From the sequence record NC_041973.1: a stretch of DNA of 64,000 bases; one strand, written 5' to 3'. Below, piece by piece: positions 57,071 through 64,000 of the stretch. Each line of letters starts with the position of its first letter. Positions within the stretch are counted from its first letter, which is position 1. A program made the position numbers and the translations under genes. A model generated the notes under the pieces. The model did no database searches. It was not told the DNA's origin and saw only the letters and a list, made by a program, of their open reading frames with translations.

Positions 57071-57436
57071 ATGAAGAGAGAGTCCAGTTACACCCTGGTC
57101 TTTGGGGAAGGTAGTACTGAAGAAGATGTCAACACCCTGCGTGAGATGGTGTCACACATGCGGGGGTTGACTGGGTTGTCGCAGCTGGGGGCGTTTGAGG
57201 TGTTCGTTACCCATTATGAATTGCAACGTAAAGACGCAGGGCTAATCACCAGTAATCTTCCGGTGAATGCACAGTCGTTGTTTGATGTCAGTGATCGACA
57301 GAACTGGCTGACACCGCTGTTCACTTCCCGGGGGTTAGTGGCGTGTGATTTGTTGTTGTTACTGAAGCAAGGCAAATGGACCGGAGAACACCTCAAGGTG
57401 ACCTTTCGGGTAAAGGGTATCAGGGCGAAAGCATAA
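57071..57436 (+). CDS. Hypothetical protein
   Basis: RBS GGGAG; followed by a terminator element. Confidence 0.55.
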   Translation: MKRESSYTLVFGEGSTEEDVNTLREMVSHMRGLTGLSQLGAFEVFVTHYELQRKDAGLITSNLPVNAQSLFDVSDRQNWLTPLFTSRGLVACDLLLLLKQGKWTGEHLKVTFRVKGIRAKA

Positions 57437-57442
57437 CGCATA

Positions 57443-57470
57443 CGGAGGGGTCATTCCCTCCGCTATGCCG
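57443..57470 (+). terminator. Hairpin + CTATGCCG element
   Basis: cggaggg-gtcatt-ccctccg-ctatgccg. Confidence 0.7.
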
Positions 57471-57511
57471 ATTAAGTTTTTAACAAAGTTTACTGCAGAT
57501 CTTTTCAGACC

Positions 57512-57519
57512 TATATCAC
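57512..57519 (+). promoter_or_regulatory. Candidate early promoter TATATCAC (CAGACC context)
   Basis: One mismatch to phiKZ TATATTAC; same flank as 40045. Confidence 0.55.
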
Positions 57520-57568
57520 GTCGGTGAATAACCTTTCACTAATTAACCAATCCGTAAGGAGTTTTATC

Positions 57569-58945
57569 ATGGCTGCATTAAAATCTAAAGTTGAACTGTT
57601 TCACTGGTATCAGGAACTGAAAACTGAATTTAAAACCGGCAAGATTACCGTGTTCGAATTTGAGCGGCAAGTGCTCAGCGAAATTCTTTCCCTGACCGAT
57701 ACTGGTAAAACACCATCTACTGCCAAAATCAGTCTGGTAGTGGACATCCTTAATTCTGTGGTTTTTGATCATGTGTTTACCGCAGACGGTATCATTGACC
57801 TGGACAACATGCTCGCTCGTGAACACGTACGCAACATTTCGGAATTGACGGCAGCACGCAATAACTTTATTACCATACAAGCCCAGGCCCGTCTGAACAA
57901 AGAAAAGGAACAGACTGCGAAACCAGCAGAGCAGAAGGCGTTTGCCAAGTTTCCAACGAAAGAAGAGCTCGAATATTGGGTTAATGCCAGAAAGCTATTC
58001 CGTTATGGTAACCCCAATACGCTCGGCACTGAAGCATACCAGGAGGTTGTCAAATACTGGCATCTGGTCGATAAATATCTGGGTACATTAAAACTGGAAC
58101 TGGATCACACCGACCCTAACTACGTCGATAACATCCTGTTGATTGACTACTTTGTATCGTTGGTCGCCAAGCAAGAGGTTCCTGAGGAAGAACGCAGGCA
58201 TCTGAAAGACACACTTAGCAGTCTATATGCGTGCCCCATTAAAACCCCACACATCGATGCATTTGTCGAACGTGACCAACACCCCCTTCCAGTTAAGCCA
58301 AAACAACCACCCATCGCGCAACAAGCCATCGACCGCGCTATTGCCTGGCGTGAAGAGGAAACCAAAACAAACCATCAGCAAAAAGACATATTACGAGAAT
58401 TCGCCGATCAATACTGTCCGGTAATGGTGGCCAAGCAACATGCCACTCAGCAGTTGTTTGATTTCGTTGCTCGTGCGGTGAAACGTGTCTTGACCGCCAT
58501 TGCTCAGCCAAACAACCCGGAAGACGCCGAGATGCTGGCAAAAGGTCATGCCATCAACATTCTCAATGTTAAGCATGGTGTAATTGGTGTCAGTACCACG
58601 ATTACCAGAAACGGTCTGGTCAAGTTACGCATCTTCGCTGAACGTGAACTATGTAACGAGGACTACGGTATTCCGACTCTGTCGTATAATCAAGTCCGTC
58701 AATCACCTCATGCAACGTTCAGCATACCAATGCCGGCGCTGATAGATGGGTTCATTAACATGTGGGATATCCCTAATCAGGCCCCTCGCCATATGCATAA
58801 TAGCGTAGGCGGTATGTTGGGTAATCCCTATCCGTTACAGCAGCTTGATGGTTTGATGTCAGCTATTGCAAGAGAAGCAGCCGAGTACGGCGTTACGCCT
58901 ACTTATGGCATGATCGAAGACAGCCTTATCGTTGTGCTGCATTAA
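57569..58945 (+). CDS. Hypothetical protein with a repeated helical N-module
   Basis: Start MAALKS behind AAGGAG; WYQELK..FKTG.I module shared with the next gene. Confidence 0.65.
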   Translation: MAALKSKVELFHWYQELKTEFKTGKITVFEFERQVLSEILSLTDTGKTPSTAKISLVVDILNSVVFDHVFTADGIIDLDNMLAREHVRNISELTAARNNFITIQAQARLNKEKEQTAKPAEQKAFAKFPTKEELEYWVNARKLFRYGNPNTLGTEAYQEVVKYWHLVDKYLGTLKLELDHTDPNYVDNILLIDYFVSLVAKQEVPEEERRHLKDTLSSLYACPIKTPHIDAFVERDQHPLPVKPKQPPIAQQAIDRAIAWREEETKTNHQQKDILREFADQYCPVMVAKQHATQQLFDFVARAVKRVLTAIAQPNNPEDAEMLAKGHAINILNVKHGVIGVSTTITRNGLVKLRIFAERELCNEDYGIPTLSYNQVRQSPHATFSIPMPALIDGFINMWDIPNQAPRHMHNSVGGMLGNPYPLQQLDGLMSAIAREAAEYGVTPTYGMIEDSLIVVLH

Positions 58946-58952
58946 TTCACAC

Positions 58953-58982
58953 GGGGAGGTTTCCCTCCCCCTTTTATTTTTT
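58953..58982 (+). terminator. Hairpin ggggagg-tttc-cctcccc plus T-tract
   Basis: Classic intrinsic terminator layout. Confidence 0.6.
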
Positions 58983-59008
58983 AATTAACCTACTGTGAGA
59001 ATTTAACC

Positions 59009-59710
59009 ATGAACAAAGAAACTTATACTACCTGGTACAATGGATTAAAAGAAAGATTGGCGACTGGGCACATTAATCAGGAACACTACGAGACACTTAT
59101 TGTTGACAATCTAAGTTCATTGATTACTCATTTCTTCAATAGTCGATACGACGATGGTCATATGTCTCTGGAGGAGCATTTTGCGTTAGTTAATCATTAT
59201 TTCGAACTGGTTGCTGATGCAGAAATATCAGAACGCAGTGCCATGCTCATGGTACGTTCTGTAGCTAGCAGTATTCAAAAGCTACCAGCGGCTAAAGCCT
59301 TCGCAGAGAAACATAACACTCCGGCGCCGTCAATTAAAGAAATTCTTGGTAGTCGACCTGGTTTACTGCGTAAGCATGCTGCCAGCACGACCGAGAAGAT
59401 GATAGGGTGTCCGGTGATCACCCAGGCCAACGAACCTGAGAACGAAGTAACCATTGACTTACCCTGGAAATTGGCATTGCACGTTTACAAAGGGTTCCTG
59501 GTAAAGGCGCTGATGTCAAAGCACGGATATAAATACAGTGATGCGTATAACTACATTACTGATCATCAGAACAAATACGACGAACTCTTGGCAGAAGTCC
59601 TCAACAACATTATTGCTAATGAGGAATCGCATCTGGTGTCGGTAGGTGGCGGCATCACTGCAGCGGGTACTGGTCTGGTGGTAAGCGGGATTATTAAGCC
59701 GGAGGAGTGA
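59009..59710 (+). CDS. Chimeric protein: helical N-module plus RNAP beta-prime switch-2/dock fragment without an active site
   Basis: Residues about 108-203 align without gaps to phiKZ gp55 as recalled and motif-wise to bacterial beta-prime; no NADFDGD motif. Confidence 0.75.
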   Translation: MNKETYTTWYNGLKERLATGHINQEHYETLIVDNLSSLITHFFNSRYDDGHMSLEEHFALVNHYFELVADAEISERSAMLMVRSVASSIQKLPAAKAFAEKHNTPAPSIKEILGSRPGLLRKHAASTTEKMIGCPVITQANEPENEVTIDLPWKLALHVYKGFLVKALMSKHGYKYSDAYNYITDHQNKYDELLAEVLNNIIANEESHLVSVGGGITAAGTGLVVSGIIKPEE

Positions 59711-60270
59711 TGAAAGGAGAGATAGAGACACGCTTCAGAAGACACTACGGCAACCACATTAAACGGGGTAGTGATATCGCAGTGCCTTTATACCACATTA
59801 GTCTACAGAATGACTTGGAGGGGCTATGGCGACCTAAAGCCCCTGACTCGCCATTTGATATTCCGAAGAAACCCAACATCATTACTGAAATGCCGCTCCC
59901 GCGTATCTGTGTAGCACCATCTATCGAACAGTGCTTCTGGGCAATCTATCCCAATATCTCTAAGCTCTTTGAAGAGGAAGAATACGCAGCGGTTTGTTTT
60001 GCGGTTTATCAACCGATTCTGCATGCCGGTATTGCTGTCGTGGATACCAGTACGTTAACGCAATGCCGACTAGTGCACGATGCACATATTACCGGCGAGC
60101 ATTGGTTACTTAGTGATACCACCATGTGTGTGATCGACTTTATTCAGGTTAATAACACCTCACACGGCGAGTTCGTAAAGTTCCATCCGTTTAATACCCC
60201 GGTTGGTAACGAATGGGAGCTCGCCCCTAAAAATGTTGTTTATCATTCACTTAAATTAACGGAGTTGTAA
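59707..60270 (+). CDS. Hypothetical protein, possible ADP-ribosyltransferase fold
   Basis: LYHIS...RICVAPS...TGEHW layout fits the ART strand-1 His, strand-2 Ser and terminal Glu pattern. Confidence 0.4.
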   Translation: MMKGEIETRFRRHYGNHIKRGSDIAVPLYHISLQNDLEGLWRPKAPDSPFDIPKKPNIITEMPLPRICVAPSIEQCFWAIYPNISKLFEEEEYAAVCFAVYQPILHAGIAVVDTSTLTQCRLVHDAHITGEHWLLSDTTMCVIDFIQVNNTSHGEFVKFHPFNTPVGNEWELAPKNVVYHSLKLTEL

Positions 60271-60274
60271 ATCC

Positions 60275-60919
60275 ATGGTAACTGCTAGAAAAGCTAATAA
60301 GACCTTAGGTGAGCACGCAGTGGCTCATGAGGCAGTAACACGCTTAGGTAGCAACAAGAAAGTCAAACCAGTTAAACCGCTTTGGACACTGGAGAACATC
60401 GAGGACAATCTGGTTGGTCAAGGCATCCTTGCCTACTTGAAACGCCACACGTCGTTATCGATCCGTGATATCAACACCGCGGCTAACCGCCTGACGAAGA
60501 TTGCTGATTCAGATATAAAGGAAGGGAAAGCGCGTGATTACGTGGCACGAGTTATTGGGTACAACAATTACGACGCTCTCAACGTCACCGTTCGTGCAGC
60601 GGTACCTGTGCGCAATCATGTACAACGTCGTAAAGCAAATCAGCCGGTCACAGAGTTGTTGATAGAAGACGAAGAACTGCCGCCGGTAACACGTACTGAA
60701 ATCAACCCCTTGGTGATGTTAGCCCTACAGCGTGAGATCTCTAAACGCGGCTTTCGTCTACTGGGTAAGAACTACCGGGCTTTCGTTAACAAGGATAACC
60801 CCGAGCACACCTTTACGTTGATGCAGGCGTATAACTACCTTGCCAAACAACTGGGTTATCCGGATTATCACTCTATGCCCCGTCAATACCCAATCATTAA
60901 CTTGCGCTACGTCGATTAA
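60275..60919 (+). CDS. Protein with two copies of a small helical domain (A..L..../A...A+.LGY.DY type)
   Basis: KARDYVARVIGYNNYDAL and QAYNYLAKQLGYPDYHSM. Confidence 0.55.
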   Translation: MVTARKANKTLGEHAVAHEAVTRLGSNKKVKPVKPLWTLENIEDNLVGQGILAYLKRHTSLSIRDINTAANRLTKIADSDIKEGKARDYVARVIGYNNYDALNVTVRAAVPVRNHVQRRKANQPVTELLIEDEELPPVTRTEINPLVMLALQREISKRGFRLLGKNYRAFVNKDNPEHTFTLMQAYNYLAKQLGYPDYHSMPRQYPIINLRYVD

Positions 60920-60941
60920 CCTATTGTAAGGAATAAAGAAC

Positions 60942-61691
60942 ATGACAACGACTTTCCCGAAAGAGATGAATGCTGCTTTCCATCCTGATAACGAACAAAC
61001 CACCCAGCTGTGCAAAACGATCCAGCAGATCAGCGGGGTGGAGATCAAACGTGTACATGTGGTGATGGCGATCCACCATTACAAACAAAACGATGCGGCA
61101 CATCAGCCTGACCACATGCTGGCGGTCTTAGCAGAAGCAGCCCACATCATCCAGTCGTTTCCTGACCTGGAGAAATGGCGCACCCAGATCATGTTAGGGT
61201 GTCTGTTCCATGACACCCACTGTCACATCGATCGGGATATGCACCACCTGCTAGGCGCCGAACATGCCCAAGAGGCATTACTGGAGTATGCGTGTGGTTA
61301 TGGGATGTCACGTGCGGATGTCTACCTGATCAGTCAGGCCGTACTGGAGCATCGGGCTTCCTGGAAGTACCCGCGTATTAACCCTGTATCCAACGCTGTG
61401 GCGTCTGCAGATCGTGGCTACCCTGATCTAAAGAAATACATCCGTCGTGCTGTACAGTACCGTTACAAGCGCATGGCAGTCATCAACATGAACACCATCA
61501 TCGATGAGTCGATCGAACACATGGTAGAGAAGTTCGGTGATGGCGGTTATGCCTGGGAAAGCTACCCGACGTATGCAGCGGTGATGCACGGTGATGCGAT
61601 TCAACAAGTGAAGCAACAACTGCGCAGTAAAGAAGGAAAGGCACAGCTCAAGGAGTACGCTGAACTCCACTTTGATGAGTGGGTAGAATAA
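60942..61691 (+). CDS. HD-domain phosphohydrolase
   Basis: DH...V, LFHD, HH..GA, AVLEH, ASAD. Confidence 0.85.
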   Translation: MTTTFPKEMNAAFHPDNEQTTQLCKTIQQISGVEIKRVHVVMAIHHYKQNDAAHQPDHMLAVLAEAAHIIQSFPDLEKWRTQIMLGCLFHDTHCHIDRDMHHLLGAEHAQEALLEYACGYGMSRADVYLISQAVLEHRASWKYPRINPVSNAVASADRGYPDLKKYIRRAVQYRYKRMAVINMNTIIDESIEHMVEKFGDGGYAWESYPTYAAVMHGDAIQQVKQQLRSKEGKAQLKEYAELHFDEWVE

Positions 61692-61699
61692 GCTACGTG

Positions 61700-61729
61700 G
61701 CCGGAGGATTACCTCCGGCTGTTATGCCT
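61700..61729 (+). terminator. Hairpin + TTATGCC element
   Basis: gccggagg-atta-cctccggc-tg-ttatgcct. Confidence 0.7.
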
Positions 61730-61851
61730 GTTCTTTCTTCTTTGTAATTCTCAACACATTCGGTCTTTGTTATACAAAGGCTATAATCTTTGTCCCGAGC
61801 TAAGGGTAACGTGAACAGTTATGCTGGCTTACTTTTTAAAGGTATCTTTTC

Positions 61852-62382
61852 ATGGATGGTTTATTTAATCTCTCCTCATGGCAATCGATTTTACTTGTGG
61901 TAGTTGTACTCCTGCTGTGGGCGTATTACCAACGACTTCAACACCTGCGTCGTAAGTATCATCGCCGTAATGAACGCATGATGGCGCAGAGCGTGGTCAT
62001 GACATCCCGGCTGTTACTGAGTACCTTCTCGGAGATTGTGGAACGCGCTAAAGAGGAGGACATCTACCAGCGTGATCCTAACTCCCCGATTGCGGCAGAC
62101 CGGGCCAGTGCGATGGCCTGCTCCTCCATCTTCAGTGGGTTGTATAACCTGGTTGTGGTGCCCGTCACCACCCTTGATCCGGTGTTCAACGATTTATTGA
62201 TTACCGGTACTGAGCGGGAAGATGTTGAGGAAGGGGTCTTTGTGTCGTTTTATTTGGGTGAACAGCGTAATGATGTGGTTAGGCATTTTATACCCGACCG
62301 GTCGTTACAGGCCTTTATCACCCAAACGCGTGCCTTCAGTGCTTACCTGCGACAGGCTGCGAATACAAAACCACCACAATGA
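61852..62382 (+). CDS. N-terminally anchored membrane protein (paralog A)
   Basis: TM helix followed by YQRLQHL. Confidence 0.6.
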   Translation: MDGLFNLSSWQSILLVVVVLLLWAYYQRLQHLRRKYHRRNERMMAQSVVMTSRLLLSTFSEIVERAKEEDIYQRDPNSPIAADRASAMACSSIFSGLYNLVVVPVTTLDPVFNDLLITGTEREDVEEGVFVSFYLGEQRNDVVRHFIPDRSLQAFITQTRAFSAYLRQAANTKPPQ

Positions 62383-62390
62383 GGTGACAC

Positions 62391-62921
62391 ATGACCAATT
62401 ATGGTTTTCTGCTGAACACAGTACTTCTGGCTTTTCTTATTTGGTTTGGTTACCGACTGCACACGTTGGTAAACAACAGCGAGAAAGCCACCCTCGCCGC
62501 TGATCATAACGCCAAGCTGCGCTTCCTGACCTATGCAGCCCGGCAGATAATGAGTGACTTGTATACGTCGCTCAATCTTCCGACGCTCACCGGGTGTGCG
62601 AAGATGTATCTACGCGATGACGGCAAGCTTGATAATATTGAAGTCATTATGCGACTCTTCATGAAAACCCATAATGAGATTATTACCAAGCTCTCCGAGG
62701 GATTGGTGTCGGATCATTTGAAGATCACCGATGTTAAAGTTACCCATGATCTGGTGACCAACGAAGTGCTCATCACACTCTTGTATCCGAATAAAGTCAC
62801 TGACATCCTGGTCTTCCATCATAACCACCTGGCGCAGGCGATCTACCAACTGGATCGATTGCAGCATCGGCTCTCAACGTTCCACAAAGCGGTGCCGAAC
62901 CGCGACCTGTACCAACTCTAA
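62391..62921 (+). CDS. N-terminally anchored membrane protein (paralog B)
   Basis: TM helix followed by GYRLHTL; same length (176 aa). Confidence 0.6.
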   Translation: MTNYGFLLNTVLLAFLIWFGYRLHTLVNNSEKATLAADHNAKLRFLTYAARQIMSDLYTSLNLPTLTGCAKMYLRDDGKLDNIEVIMRLFMKTHNEIITKLSEGLVSDHLKITDVKVTHDLVTNEVLITLLYPNKVTDILVFHHNHLAQAIYQLDRLQHRLSTFHKAVPNRDLYQL

Positions 62922-62924
62922 ACC

Positions 62925-62954
62925 AAGGGAGGGCTTCGGCTCTCCCTTATGCCA
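62925..62954 (+). terminator. Hairpin + TTATGCC element
   Basis: aagggagggc-ttcg-gctctccctt-atgcca. Confidence 0.7.
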
Positions 62955-63041
62955 TCCGTTCTTCTTTTTTGGTTATTACTATGAATTGCAAGATTCACCA
63001 CGTAGTTCGTTTCACTTATTAACCCCTAAAGAGGAATAGTC

Positions 63042-64000
63042 ATGACAGATAGCACTACAGCGCAGAGCCAGACCGTGACGTTAGACCAAGTCATCGCGTC
63101 AGGCGGCCAGATTGTCTTCCTGGACAATGGGCAACTGAAAAGCTTTCCTGTCTCTCAGATCACTGACTTACTGAAAAGCGGCATGTCTACTGACGTGTTG
63201 GGTCAGGCTGATTCTCTGAGTATGTTTGGTCAAGTGGAGTCGTTCGAGGCTCTACGTAAGCTTAAGCCACAGAAAGAAGGTGCACGCATCTCTCTTCGTG
63301 GCTGGAACAAAGGCAGTTGTCTGGGTGGCGGTGAGTTCATTGGTCATCTCGTCACCAAAGATCTTAAAGCCCGTCCAGATGATGGCGGTATGATTGCAGC
63401 CGGTAGCGGGTTCTTCTGGGAACGTGTGTGCTCAGATTGCGGGCAAATGAATGTCACTCACTTCGGTGCGCTTCCTGGCGCCACTGCAGCGACTGATTGC
63501 GTGCCAGCAATGACCGCCATGCTGAACTGGAGTAATGCCAACGCTGTTGGTTTAGGAATTCAATTCCCAGCCGGTACTTTCTTCGCTTCCAGTTTAAAGT
63601 TCACCAAAGAGATCGGGTATTTCCGTATCGCCGGTAACCACATCAACTTTGGTTATTTTGCTAACACGGTATTGGTGAGTGACGCTACTGAAAACTTTAT
63701 GTTGGATGTTGCGGCCCGTCGGGTTGAGTTGGCAAACATCATCTTCCGCGGTGTGAGTACTACTGAGAAGCCGAATAAGAAAGGGATCTTTAATAACATC
63801 GTCATTGGTGGTCAGTACTTCAACATGACCTGTGTGCGGTTTGAGAAAATCGGCGGGACCTGTGTTAATCTGATCGATACTCTCGATACCAAGATGACAC
63901 AATGGTACGCGTCACAATGTACTGGTGATGTGATCGTTAACAAATGGTCCGATCGTCAGGCAGGTGGCTGGAACCATACCACTGCTGTTGAAATGACCAA
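63042..64000 (+). CDS. Tailspike / exopolysaccharide depolymerase-like protein (truncated by the window end; absent from the ORF track)
   Basis: Hand translation: MTDSTTAQ...FEALRKLKP..GARISLRGW..GS.LGGGEF...DDGGMIA..W.R, then VTHFGA.P...DC..A...IQFPAGTF (pectate-lyase-3-like beta-helix start); RBS GAGGA. Confidence 0.75.
   Translation, partial: MTDSTTAQSQTVTLDQVIASGGQIVFLDNGQLKSFPVSQITDLLKSGMSTDVLGQADSLSMFGQVESFEALRKLKPQKEGARISLRGWNKGSCLGGGEFIGHLVTKDLKARPDDGGMIAAGSGFFWERVCSDCGQMNVTHFGALPGATAATDCVPAMTAMLNWSNANAVGLGIQFPAGTFFASSLKFTKEIGYFRIAGNHINFGYFANTVLVSDATENFMLDVAARRVELANIIFRGVSTTEKPNKKGIFNNIVIGGQYFNMTCVRFEKIGGTCVNLIDTLDTKMTQWYASQCTGDVIVNKWSDRQAGGWNHTTAVEMT

Noticed and set aside
5412-62954. 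Recurrent hairpin-TTATGCCG as a CRISPR array or mobile repeat
   Set aside because: Copies are dispersed, the stems are unrelated in sequence, and there is no spacer periodicity, cas gene or transposase.
1-64000. Stop-codon reassignment
   Set aside because: Standard code 11 gives long intact genes, and TAA, TAG and TGA all end genes.

Overview
A 64 kb window of a phiKZ-related, nucleus-forming jumbo myophage (Chimalliviridae-like), starting exactly at an ATG and probably at the deposited genome start. Gene order and content resemble what I recall for Erwinia Agricanvirus phages (RAY/Ea35-70 group); this is unverified. 1-31 kb is conserved core: the non-virion RNAP beta N-terminal subunit (phiKZ gp123-like), portal, baseplate/virion proteins, RuvC, candidate holin, overlapping spanins, four modular tail-fibre paralogs, central spike and an SbcC/Rad50 ATPase. 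31-64 kb is an accessory, probably early region of mostly short + strand genes: signal-peptide lytic transglycosylase, GNAT, SspB, a LemA-like pair, RtcB, a DEDD exonuclease, ThyA, an HD hydrolase and a truncated depolymerase-like tailspike. Best leads: (1) a gene carrying an ungapped but catalytically empty fragment of RNAP beta-prime (switch 2 plus dock), translationally coupled to an ADP-ribosyltransferase-like gene; (2) a prohead-protease paralog that has lost its catalytic His and Ser; (3) a cloverleaf-like candidate ncRNA at 52.3 kb; (4) about 15 hairpins followed by TTATGCC(G) instead of a U-tract, a candidate phage-RNAP-specific terminator. All homologies were recognised by eye from remembered sequences; no searches were run. 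No tRNA, CRISPR array, integrase or intron was found.
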